A stretch of DNA of 64,000 nt from the human T2T-CHM13v2.0 reference genome, Homo sapiens. Position 1 is the stretch's first letter; each line of letters opens with the position of its first letter. The DNA is taken from assembly GCF_009914755.1 (NCBI RefSeq), contig NC_060926.1; one strand, written 5' to 3'. Both the position numbers and the translations under genes were made by a program. Shown piece by piece: positions 27,128-48,062 of the stretch. The notes beneath the pieces were generated by a model that had not been told where the DNA came from, searched no databases, and saw only the letters and a program-made list of their open reading frames with translations.

Positions 27128-30100
27128 TAAAATAAGTATATAAATGACTTTTTATAAATGAATTAATTAGGTGATCAAAACTAAAAGAAGAAAATCCCAC
27201 CAAAATAGTCTTGTCTCTTTAAGTGCCAAACTAAATGTTCTATGTGAAAATATGTTACAGAAGAGAAGGCATAAGAGGGAGAGACCAGGAAAACATACTT
27301 GTACTGTGAACTTCCTAAAAAAGCAGTATTCCTAGGTACCTCTGGGGTCTTCTGCTTACATGAAATGCTGGGAAGCCGTAAGATACCCATTTGATTGGTT
27401 TACATTTCTTGATAGACACTCTACCCTACTTCAGTGTTTTAATGGTAATCTTGACTTTTACATCTTAAGGAAGGGTCCAACCAGGACTCATAAAAGCAGA
27501 ATATAAGAGAATTAATAAAAACAACCAGAAGTTAAAGACATGAAATGTCTCTCTGGTCTAGACATTTTCATGTCTTGGTCTTAGACAGTAGTCTAATTTC
27601 ACAGTTGAAATGAACTATTATTAATGTTTAATTATTTCAAAGTATTTTAACCAGAAAACCTTAACATTTAAAATACACATCCACAGAATGAAAGCTGCAA
27701 AAATGTCAAATGTGTTTTCATAGCCTTTCCATAGAGGAGTGGGAGAAGGGAACAAGGGCAAACTTCCAAAATATAATCACTATAGATACTAGTGATTTAT
27801 GTGACTTTATTGTATCTATAAAGTATTATCTTTAAGACACACAGAAATAAAACAACTTAAAAATACATTTTCCTAGTCAGATAGCTTATGAGGGAACAAA
27901 TCACCAAGAAAAAAGAGTATCAGGGATATATTTTGCTTCTTGAATATTTAATAGGAATTACAGGCTGTTCTGCTTAAGAAAATCTAAATGCCAAAGAAGA
28001 GCCTTGGCATCAGTTTTAAAACAAATGAAAAAAGAAAATTTTGTTAAGAAGTATCATTTCAAACAAAAAGAGGCATAGTTGAACCAAACACGATTTGTAG
28101 ATAACTACGATTAATTCTCAGTGCAAATTCCAAACCTAGTTTAGCTATCATTAAAACTGTTGAATTTGTTGGTTTGGGAATTATAGAAAATATTCCTAAA
28201 AGATGTTCCTCCTCTTTTTTTCAACAATTATATTGAAAACTGCTATACAATGAGTCAAATGTTAAGAAACACAGGCATATATCCAGTATATACTAAATGA
28301 TAATAGTAATATATAATCTATTACTGAATAATGCTATTATGTCTGCCACCCTATTAAATGCAATCTCTAAGCAATACCACAGGAAAAAAATGAAAATACA
28401 TTTTATTCATATAGATTTCTTTATATGCATATATTCTCGCAATGTGTGGAAATTTAAAGAAAATATCTTCTTTAATATAAACTATATGTATGACCTCAAA
28501 GCTCTACACGTAACTGATCCCTTTAATTAGCATCAAGGAAATAACTTTCTTCAAATAATATTTCAAATAACTCTTTGGAAGGGAACAGGCTTAAGTTCCT
28601 ACTGATGCTCCATAATAACTGTTTTAAAAACATATAAAATATTGTCTTTTCAACTACACACAACACAAACTTCCTAGTTAAAACCATGGAACACATTAGA
28701 ATTATGTTAGATAAATGAAGTTGGGTTATTTCCCAATTTCAAGAAGAAGATTAAAATGGCATCTTTAATAATATAAAAGGAAAAAAAATCTCAAAACAGA
28801 AAAGAATCTTTAAATGTATAAAACTAACATGGATTGCAAACAGACATCCTATAAACTTAAACAATTAACTATGGAAAAAGACAGCTAAAACATAACACCT
28901 AGATTTAAAATCAAATGCATTTTCCAAACACAAATATGTTACAGCATCAGACATAAAATTCAGATATTCCAGCTGTGACCTTTTCTATGATTGTATCCAC
29001 ATCAACACCCAAATAACTTGTCAGCTAAGAGACCACACTACGCAATGCCAATAAAAAGTTGGCATCATAGAGATTTACTAAAACCAAGAAATACTTTCTA
29101 CTTGCTTTGGAAATAGGATTTCAAATCAAATCTTATCCATTCTTAAATATCTTCTCCTGCCTTCTCGTAGCTAAGGTGGGCTTCAAAGACTTTCATGAGC
29201 TGGACTCTACCAGTCTCTGCCCCCAACTCCCACCCACTCTGACTTCCTTTACAGCAGCCAAATGAATTACATGTGGCTGCCTCTTGCCTGACTGCTTCTG
29301 CAGATGCTTCTCTCTCCTCTAGAAACCTTTCCCCTCATCTCCCCACCCGGACCAATCCCATTTTGTACTTCATGAAAACAGAATCTACTCTGGGCAGCCT
29401 CCCCTAGCAAGAAATCTGGGGTGGCCAAGGGTCTAAGATACTCCTTTTTTAGGTCATAGTTTTGATTATGTGAAGCACCCTGTCATAGTATTCGTCATAC
29501 TGTGTTACATTTCCACCTCTCCCCAATAGATATCAAGCTTTTTGAAGTCAGAATCTAAATCTATCTCATGTATCTTCTAATTCTCAGGTCTAACAAAGTG
29601 CCTGGTACATCACAGTAAACACTGTTGATGAGATAAATGAATAAATGAGAAAGATAAGCCAACACAATTTAAGAATACAGTAGTCTGATTTTATATTAAT
29701 ACATTTTACCCTTAGGAAGTAAAGAAGTCATAGAGTATGAATTTAGATTTTTTGTATTATATCACAAAGACTTCTAAATTTTATATTTAAAAAGTTAGCG
29801 TATGAATTAGATTTTAAATGGAACAAAAGGTATTTAAGCGGCTGACAGTAATTCACATGATTCTACACACTATTACAAAGAAACTAAGTAACACAAAACT
29901 AAATATTATGTATTGGTTTTAATCAATTCCTAGCTTTCATGCTTAAACAAATCTATGTCAAAAGTAACTATGCATATTTTTTCACCATAAGTTTCACCAA
30001 TTAGATTAGAGAAGATCAGAATTAAAATAAATGTGGACCCTAAATGCTGTTTTTGAAAAATTCATATAGGTTAATGTCTACTTAGTGCTAATCAGTAAAA

Positions 30101-30423
30101 GGAAAATGAAAAGCAACACTGCTTCTAATTGTGGGGGAAACACCCTGCTATTTCCCCAATTCCAGTGCTTTGTACAATGACTGCAAAACACAAAAGCCTA
30201 CAATGACATAATTCCTTCCCATCAATTTGAAGGGTTAAGTCCCATATATTTTTCTAACTGAAACCTCAATATGCCATAATCTGTATAAAGCACACCCAGG
30301 CAAAGTGACATCCTCAGTTCAAAAAATAGATCTATATTTCCTACATTAGACATAGTCATTAGATTATAATCAAAACTATGACCAAGCTGGGAATGGTATT
30401 CCAAGATCTTTGAGAATCCTTAC

Positions 30424-30591
30424 CTAATCCTATTCGGTTTGGACTTGTTTCCCGGCTACATCCCTGGCTCCTGGGAATCTTGCTTCGCTTTTCTGAAGAC
30501 GGTGTCACAGGTGGGCCTCGTGAGGAGCCCCCAGTAAGTCCACCATAACCACTTCCCAACAATTTTCCTGGGGAACTTGACCGGCTGCCAG
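30424..30591 (-). CDS. CLASP1: CLASP1 coding exon with first SxIP (SKIP) motif
   Basis: 168 nt, tag|...|gtaagg, phase 1-1; GSRSSSPGKLLGSG...SEKRSKIPRSQGCSRETSPNRIGL. Confidence 0.96.
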
Positions 30592-30889
30592 CTAAAAGTG
30601 AAGCAAAATGACAATGAATAATAGATGTAAATGTAGGAATGAACTATAATACTTTCAAAAGCCAGATTTTACACATTAATTTGGCTAAAATACACAATTT
30701 TATATAAAAATAAATTTTTATTTGGTGGTAGTAATTTTTTTAAATGTAGGAGCATAAAAGACAATTGAATATCATAAAAGAATATACTTAGAAGAATTAC
30801 TGGTGGAATAGCCTCCTTATTCCACAGTAAATAACTACAAATGTCACAAAGGTGTTTATTCTTATTTTGTTTTTTTAATTCTGTAAGAG

Positions 30890-32020
30890 CTGATTATGTT
30901 AAAAATTTTAGGTGTCACTGCTAGAAGAGCAGAAGTAGAACTATAACAATTTTCTTAGCATTAGCTACAGAAAATGAATCCAAGAAAACTCTATTAATCT
31001 GACAAATGATATAAAAGGGAGTAGGGGGATAAAATAACCAGAAACCTGGTAAATAAAAATCACAAAATAAGATAGAAGCTCAAACATATTAGTTAATCAT
31101 AATAAATGTGGCTGGATTAAATTCATCGATTTAAAAGAGATTAAAACAAGCCTGGGCTGGTAGCTCATGTCTGTAGTCCCAGCACTTTGGGAGGCCAAGG
31201 TGGGAGGAGTTTGAGCCCAGGAGTTTGAGACTAGTGTGGGCAACAACAGGGAGACCCCACTTCTCCAAAAATTGTAAAAATTTGTCAGGCATGGTGGTAC
31301 ATGCCTCTAGTCCCAGCTACCCGGGAGACTGAGGTGGGAGGATCACTTGAGCCCAGGAGGTCAAGGCTGAAGTGAGCCATGATCACACCACTGCACTTCA
31401 GACCTGGCAACAGAGCAAGACCCTGTCTCTTAAAAAAGAACAAAAAAGAAAAGAAAAGAAAATGCAAAGTAAAATAAAATGAAATTCAGCTGTCTGGTAT
31501 TTTTAAAAGTCAAACAATACACCACAAACAAAAACAAATAGAATAAAACACAGCATTTAAAAAAGACAAAGAAGGATATTTAATATTTATGAAAGAATAA
31601 TTGTCCATGAAGATCTAATAATCACAAACCTTTATGCTCCAAACAACATAGTTTTGAAATATAAAACTAAAAAATGATAAAAGTACAGGAAGAAATGGAA
31701 AAAGCCATACTTACCGAAAGACCTCACGGAAAGACTAATAATATTGAGAAACTATATACCTCACAGAAATTGACAGAGCAGTCAAAATTGTGTCTGTGTG
31801 TGTATATGTATGTATAAAAACACACACTTCCCACATACACATATATATCCCAACAGATAGAACACATATTCTTTTTACCTTTCCACACATGAATATTAAA
31901 AATAAAAATTGTGTATTAAGCCTCAAAGTAAATCTCAAAAAAAAATCTACAACAGTAGAAATAACATGGACCACATTCTCTGAGAAGTATGCAATAAAAC
32001 TGGAAATTAAAAACAAATAA
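30890..32020 (+). mobile_element. Old L1M ORF2 relic interrupted by AluJ (~31148-31460)
   Basis: A-rich degenerate L1 endonuclease-region motifs; Alu consensus inside. Confidence 0.6.
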
Positions 32021-32688
32021 TATGGCTGATAATTTTTATTAATAGGTAAGTAGCTAGATACATATATTACTATTTCTTGTGGGACCTAATTCTCTCTCAG
32101 AGGAAACAACAAAATTTTAAGCATCACACCAATACACTCAAATGGCAATCATTTGCATTGACAGATTACCTCCCTAAGTAGAGAAGGCAATACATTCTAA
32201 AATATAAAGTATACATTTACTATGTACTAGAATAGAATGACCCAGAGGAAGAAAGCATTTGAAGCAACACTTACCTGTAAATTTATATGTGTGTTTATTT
32301 TAAATATATATTATTTAAAAATACATATTATATAAATCAAAACCACCATCATTCAAATGAACCACGTAGGTGAATACTCACAAAAATTAATAGTTTATAA
32401 TGATTTAACTAAAAATTGAAGTGAAAAATCATTATAAAAACCAATGAAGAATTTGTCTCAGGACCTATTAATTTTACCCATAAAATTTGAGCTATATAAA
32501 CTATTAAACTATGTATAAAGGGGAAAGAAATCCATTTCAAACTCTAGAATTTGAACACAAAGAAAAACGCAGAAAGATTAACTAAGCTTACAATAAAGAG
32601 AGAAATTAATATTGTGCAAGGAACATGGGGTCGGGGAGAATGCCAACAACAACAACAACAAAAAAAGGCAAGAAGAGAAATGGCTTAC

Positions 32689-32715
32689 CACCAGCAGGAT
32701 TAGCAGATCTGGATC
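32689..32715 (-). CDS. CLASP1: CLASP1 27-nt microexon, RSRSANPAG
   Basis: tcaag|GATCCAGATCTGCTAATCCTGCTGGTG|gtaagc, phase 1-1. Confidence 0.88.
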
Positions 32716-34109
32716 CTTGATTATGAGAGCAGACCAAAGGACAGGCAAAAAGTGGATTAAAAGACAATAACACAATACAGAAGGTCAGCATGCAACACAA
32801 CACAAAGGTCTTTGTTCACAAATACATTAGCAAAACAGCTATATTTCCTAGGACTTGTTCCTCCTATTTTTGTACTTATGTTTATCTTTGTCATTCTACA
32901 TTAGCATTTATTTCAGATCTGTTCATAAAACACTTTCAAACCTACAATGTGCCAGGCTCACATCTGCTTTCTAGCTTTAAGCAACCTGAGGGAAGTGATT
33001 GTAACTTACTCATCTCTGTATCACTACCATCTTCAAAAGTGCTTACCACATAGTAAGTGCTCAATAAACATCAACTAACTGAAAGAAACTGCTGTTAACT
33101 AGTTTCACCTGTCCTGACTTCCCATAAACCTCAAATATTTAAAATATGCCAATTATTAAGGGCCCTAAATCTAATATTAATGAAGCCTACTTAGTATTAA
33201 ATCAGGACTATGAATACTAGTATATCTACATTTGTGATATATACACTTAGATTTACCACTTATTAAAATAATTTTTTAAATATTTAATTTATATGCATAA
33301 GCTTAAGGTATAGGCTTGATCACTGGCTAGTGTGGTCACTCTTCCTGAGTACGATTTGGTGAGTGAAGTAAAACTAAGGAATTTTAAAAGGGGAGCCCCA
33401 AGGCTAGGTACAGTATTTTTATAAGACTGAAAAATTAAAGCTCTATTATCACCCTAATCACTATTAGAGAAAGAACTGTAATCTTCACCACCTGCCAAGG
33501 TAACCTACACATTCCTAAAACCTGCAATATAGGAGAGAAAATTACAGCATTGACCTAGCTGGGGCAGGGAACCCCAAAGACCCCAGTGTTGATAAACAGC
33601 ATTAGAAAGAAATATGTAAAATACTGTTCAACCCTCAACCCCCACAGAGGGAAGCAACACTGCAAAATTACATGCTTAGGCATTTTTTATTTGGCTTAAT
33701 TTCATTATATTGACCTAGATTCTGAGATTTGAACACTTTTTGTCAAGAATTCCTTTGCAGTAAAATTTGACCCATATGTATGAGTCAAATATCCTTTTGT
33801 GTCTCCAGGCATCACTAGGGTTCAACAGAATAACCAGAGCCAAGAAGTTGTTCCCACGACAGACACTTCTGGGCTACACCTGCACCCTGGATCTGAATGA
33901 AAATCCAGTTTAAGTTCTACACTAAGGAGGGCATTCTTGGTCTTAACGGACTCAATCTATCCTGAACTGCATCCCTCATCATGTAAATCCATTCCTAGCC
34001 TTCTTTCCTAAACCTACTGAAGTAGACAGGGATCAAGGAGGCTCAACTTCAGCTAGGATGGAAGTCTGCTGATCTGAAACAACTATGACTATAAAGCTTG
34101 CGTCCATTT

Positions 34110-34290
34110 AACTATTACATGTTAGGCTCCTAATGCTCATTAAATCCTCATTAAAACCCCATGAGGGTGGGAACTGTTATCACTCAATTTACAGACAACG
34201 AAACAATGGCTCACAAAGGTTAAAAGACTCACCCAACATCACACTGGAGCCAGGATGCAAACCCAGTTTTGTCTGACACTGAAACCCATG
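34110..34290 (-). mobile_element. MIR
   Basis: taaatcctcattaaaaccccatgagg...tttacagacaacgaaacaatggctcacaaaggtt. Confidence 0.7.
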
Positions 34291-35357
34291 CTTGTAGTGT
34301 ATCACACTACACAATACAACCTAGGCCACAGGAAGGTTCTGTAGCCTCACCAAAGGCAGCACTATAACTGATCTTCTGCTTTCTTTGCAGAAATTATATA
34401 ACATGAGGACTGCAGTTATCAAAGGGAAAAGAATTTAAATTCAGAAGGTGTTGAACAAGGCCATTTTCTATACTAAGGGAGCTCTTAAGGTTTGGTGCAG
34501 ACTGATCACTCTCTACAACAGACAGACAGTTCCTTGGGCCACAAAGGAGGCAGGCAAATGTCAGCTAGTGAGTGCTGTGCTGTGGGACCGCATGCAGCTC
34601 CTGGGGACAGGAAGACTCTTCCTTCCCACGCTCACCTTGCCCAGGAGCACTCTGCTACCCAGCTCTACTCGACATGCATAGAGAGGAGGCGGGCCCCTTA
34701 AAAGAGGAGGTGGGCCCCTTAAAGTTTATGTGTGGCTGGAAAGTGAGACACCAAGTGAGGATCTGAAGTGTGACCAGAATAAATTCATTCCAGCTGTGGC
34801 TGCTTTCATGGCTAAGGCTAACAAACCAACTGACTTCACATATACAGAGACGCAATCATGGAAGCAGCTAGGCAAAGCAAGAGCCCACATGGCAGGAAGA
34901 GAGGTGCGGGCTGCAAATGTTAGAGCACAGAATTAAAGGGGGAGAGCTTTTAATGGATTTACTTATTTACCACTGGAAAGAACATAGCATTAATAGTTTT
35001 CTGCCCACGTACTGTTCTAAAATTACATCAGAAGGATTCCTTATCAATGCAAAAATGAGTCACAGAACAGATAAGCTACAATTTGACAGGCTTCAAAGGA
35101 GGGCGAAAAACTACATTTTAATGTTTAATGCTTAACAATACAAAATGTAAATCACCTGGACAGGAGACAAATGTATGCCTGAAATGTTTCATTTTTTAAG
35201 CTTACCCAACAAACAGTAAGATTACTCACAGTATCTCAGAGCCACAAAAAATGTGTTTTTCCCTCTGAAGTCAATATAGAGATTGTAAAATGTTCAACTG
35301 CAGAATGAGCTGTTGAATAAAACTGAGGTAAGCAAGAGCATAAAATATGTTTCTTAC

Positions 35358-35462
35358 GCTGGGACTGTGAAACCACTTTAGCGCGACTGCGGCCCCGGTT
35401 ATCAGGTGTAGAGGCGACGTTGGTGGCACTCCCAGAGCTTTGCCGTCTTGTGCGGATCCGAC
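35358..35462 (-). CDS. CLASP1: CLASP1 coding exon, GRIRTRRQSSGS...RAKVVSQSQ
   Basis: 105 nt, ccag|...|gtaaga, phase 1-1; ORF 35236..35478. Confidence 0.95.
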
Positions 35463-37384
35463 CTGGAGGACACAGCAAAAACAGTGTTTCACAACATTTC
35501 CAGTAAGTGCCACCTCCTCAAGAAAAGAAGCCATGCCCCAAAAGAGGGGCACTGACCAGCCAACTACATGGGGAGCAACAGCTTCTGTGAGCAGATCCTC
35601 CACACGAGGTCTGCCACGTCTCCCTGTGTGTGCATGCGCACATGCGCATATGATCCGCGCACAACTGTTCTACGAACACAGGATGAACTCCTGAGATGGA
35701 GCCATGGACCTGCAGCTGTTTAGGTTCCAGCTATTTTAGTATGTTATCTCTTCAGACAAGGAAGTGATATCCATTTGAGGACATTTCCCATAATTTTTTC
35801 CAGATTAAATTTTCTTTTTTATTGTCTACAAATCTGACAAATTTCCAAAAACAGAAAATATTTACTGTCACTGTAAAAAACAAACTATAGAAAATAAGAG
35901 TAATACCAAAAAAAAACCCAAAATAAAAAAGTCTACCTTCTTAACTCAGCCATCACAGAAGCTATAGCTCCCCAGTGAATAAATGTGTTTTTGATATGCA
36001 GCATTAAACTTCTATTTTTAAAGCATGTAAGTCAGTAAGTTTCTAAGATAAAGAAAAGATAAAGCTAAAAAGAGAGATACAGCTAAAAAGAATCAGTATT
36101 AGGAGTACCTAGAGAAATGATGGCCCAAAGATAATCCAATGCTGTAGGCAGTTATGAAAAAATTACAGCAATTATTGAACCACGAAGCCATAAAAATAAA
36201 AATGAATTCAGAAACACAAAATCATTAGTGACCAGACTAGTATGATTAGCGATTAAACTTTAAAAAAAAAAAAAAAAGGCCTTTTTGGTTTCGAGGGAGC
36301 ACAAAATGCCTCTCCGGCCGTAACTCAATGAGGATAGGAAAAACACAACCAACTTGAACTCCCACTGGCTTTTATGTTGTTCAAAATCACTTCTACCCCC
36401 ACAAGCGACAAAGCTTACAGAGAAGTAATGCAGGAAGCAAATCCTAAAGCTTGAAAAAGTTTCAAGAAAGGAAGGTAAAGAGCAATGAAAGAAAGCTGGC
36501 ATTAAAAAAATAATAAAACTAGTTAAGAATCAATGACTTTTCAGTTTAAGGAAAAACTTATAAATAAACTCTATAATCTATACAGAAGTGAAAAGCTATA
36601 CCATTTACTAACAACTATATATGAGTCCATTCAGAATCCTCACAGCATATAAAGTAATCACTCCCATTTTACAGATGAGAAAACCGAGAAACAGGGAAAT
36701 TAATTAATTTGTTCAATGTGACACTACTGGTCTAGATACCTGTGCCTGGCTGACTGGGAAGCCTATGAGTGATGACCTCTGATTTTCCTAAGGAAGTCAC
36801 TGAGCTAAATCAAGGCAAATCACAAAGGCAAAGTGAACATGAAAAAAACAACTGAATTTAAATTCTTAAACTCATTATAAAATATTTAGGTCACAAAAAG
36901 ATTTTTTAAATGAACATGTATACTCATTTAGCTTAAAAAATAAAAACTCTCTTTGCTAAACCTCTCGTATTCTACTTTCCCCCAACATTTGGTAACATGA
37001 TCCTAAACCCAGTGTTCAGCATTCCCTTGGTTTTTTTTTTTTTTTGTAAATACATGTTTTCACAACCAATAACTCTGTGGTTTTGTTTTACATATTTAGA
37101 ACGTTTTTAAATTATAACACAAGGTCTATATTTTTCTAAAGCTTACTATTTTGCTAATATTTTATGTGAAAAGTCACTTATGTATCGATAAAGAACGGAT
37201 ATACTTTATTTTTTCCATATAACTAACCAATGTTGAAATAAATTTACTTAACGCTTTTCTTACTGATTAAAATGCCTGATTGTTTATCAAGCAGCACTTA
37301 TGTGTGTCTGGGTTTCTCAGCCTTCTAGTCTGTCCCACTAGTCAATGTGTCCATACCTACACGACATCACAATACTGTGATTAG

Positions 37385-37703
37385 CTTTTTATTAATTTAT
37401 TAATTAATTAATATATGAGGCAGAGTCTCTTTCTGTCGCCCATGCTGGAGTGCAGTGGTGTGTGACCTCGGCTTACTGCAACCTCCACCTCCTGGGATCA
37501 AGCGATTCTCTTGCCTCAGCCTCCCCAGTAGCTGGGATTACAGGAACATGCCACCACACACCTGGCTAATTTTTGTATTTTTAGTAGAGTCAGGATCTGA
37601 CCATGTTGGCCAGGCTGGTCTCCAACTCCTGACCTCAAGTGATCCACCCGCCCTGGCCTCCTAAAGTTCTGGGATTACGGGCAGGAGCCACTGTCCCCGG
37701 CCT
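37385..37703 (-). mobile_element. AluS
   Basis: Reverse Alu; TSD tgtgattagc. Confidence 0.9.
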
Positions 37704-38268
37704 GTGATTAGCCTTTTTTAAAAGACATCCTGCTAATTGGCAGGACAAGTAAATTCGCCTTTTCCTAAGCCCTTTGCTGTCTTCCATATGTATGTGCAGA
37801 CACAATAACAACGCCTGTTGAAATGTTGACTGGCATTATGTGAAACTCTGGGTTAAGGGGAAAAGCTTTATAATATTGGTCTTCTCATTCATTGTATCTT
37901 CTATGTTTATTTAACTTTGTCAATATCTTTTGATAAAGTCTGATCATTTTTTCAAAGTTCTTACTCAATTTTTATAGACTTATTTAAAGTTGCTTTATTT
38001 TTATAATTTATTAAATTATATTTTCTGTTCTTGGCAGGTAAGAATGGAATCATTATATTTTGATCTTAACACTCTAGGATTCTGCTAAACTTGTATACAG
38101 ATTTGGGGTTATCTAAATAGAATAACACCCACAAATAACTCATCAGCTTATTACCCTCAAATAATTCACTTTTACTTCTTTGCCTTTATTGTGGTGTCTT
38201 GGTCATGTAATATAATGCAAAATAGAAGCAGTGAGGGTAAGCACTGTTGACTCAAACAAGATTTTTAA

Positions 38269-42545
<4,277 letters not shown>

Positions 42546-43823
42546 CACTTTTTGATTTTAATAATGTACTACATTTTCATTTCTAGAAGTTCCATTTGCT
42601 CTTCTTCAAAATCTGCTTGGTCATTCTTGATAGCCTCTTACTCCCTTTCTACAATTTCACTTTATTTCTTTAACTGTTAAGACAATGAAACGATCACTTT
42701 TCTTGGAAATTTATGGGAATTCTTTAAGATCTAGATTAAAGCTGAATTATTCCAAAGAAGATCTCTGATTTTGTTTGTGTGCTGTGGACACAAGTAATCC
42801 ACAGCCAACTTAAAATGATTTATCTATTTGGGTTTTTCAGACTACAAAGGTAACGTAAACTCTGACCAGAATCCTGCATCAAGATTTTGGTTGCACATTC
42901 TCGAGGGAGATTACTTTCCCCCTCTAACCAGCACCAGAGTTAAGATGGGCAAATTTCTCTGTTCTTTTCAGTTTAGTAAAGTTAACTTTTTGTTCACTAA
43001 TGATGATGCAGGTCTTAAATAGGCTTGGGCTTTCTGTCCTTTATGTCCTGCACAATCATCACATCAAATGCCCAAGGACCCCAGGGTTTAGCCAAAAGCC
43101 TCAGGGTGACGGCCAGCATTGACCCTGACATACCAGGGCTCCTGCCATGCTTAGGTTTGAAGCTGTGTGGATTCACTGCTTTTACTCTAGAATAGTAATG
43201 TATTCTCAACTGGGAGGATTATTCTGGCTACTAAGTTGTATATATCCTTAAAAAATGCGAGTTTATTTCTTTTAAACACTTTAGTTATTTTACATTTTGT
43301 AACAGATCCTTAAGTCCTTAAGGGTACATTCTGTTTTTATTCTTTTTCTCTGCTGCCTCTCACTCATAATGGATATAACACAGAGTATGAACTCTTATTT
43401 CACTGATTTCCATCTGCATGAACCCCGAGGAATTAGATTTGAGAGTAGCTTCCTCTACAGAAGTTTAATGTTTGTTCCTGGCAGGCACCCTTGGGGGCTA
43501 TAAACACAAACTACTTTAATTCATTAGCTTGGAGTCTTCCAAACACCACAGGTGAAGTAAATTTAAAACCACAACTTGTGTGAGTAGACAGCTTAGTTAC
43601 AAATTATGAGAAAAGATTAGGGGTTTTTTTTCCCCCTCTGTTTAAGGCAAAGTCAAGACAGACATTATATCAACTTGAAGATAAAGAGGATTTTTTGTGT
43701 TGTTTTGTTTTTCTCACCTGTCCACCTTGTCATGGATATACAGCCCCCTTGTCAATGCTGGCTTAATGCCAACTCTCAATCTTCACCTTGGGTCAGCTCA
43801 AGGTCTTGTGATCTGTGTGTCTA

Positions 43824-45395
<1,572 letters not shown>

Positions 45396-45685
45396 AACTA
45401 AGCCCTCGGGGACAGCCTTAAAAATCAGTTCAAGCTTGTCATTCCAGTCTGTGATCCTCTTGGTTTTGAACATTTCCTTACTTTTTTGGGAACACAGCTA
45501 TACAGCTTAAAGGGCCTCTGTTGTGTTAAACTCAGATATATATTTATTTTATAGGAAAAGGTGTCTTTTGTTTCATTTTGTTTTGTTTTCAGTCTATTGA
45601 TTTGGCAATATTACTATGAGTACCTGTGCATGTTTTTAAAAGATGATATAAAATGCTCTGTGGTAATTAGGGGAAAAAAGTTTCA

Positions 45686-48062
<2,377 letters not shown>

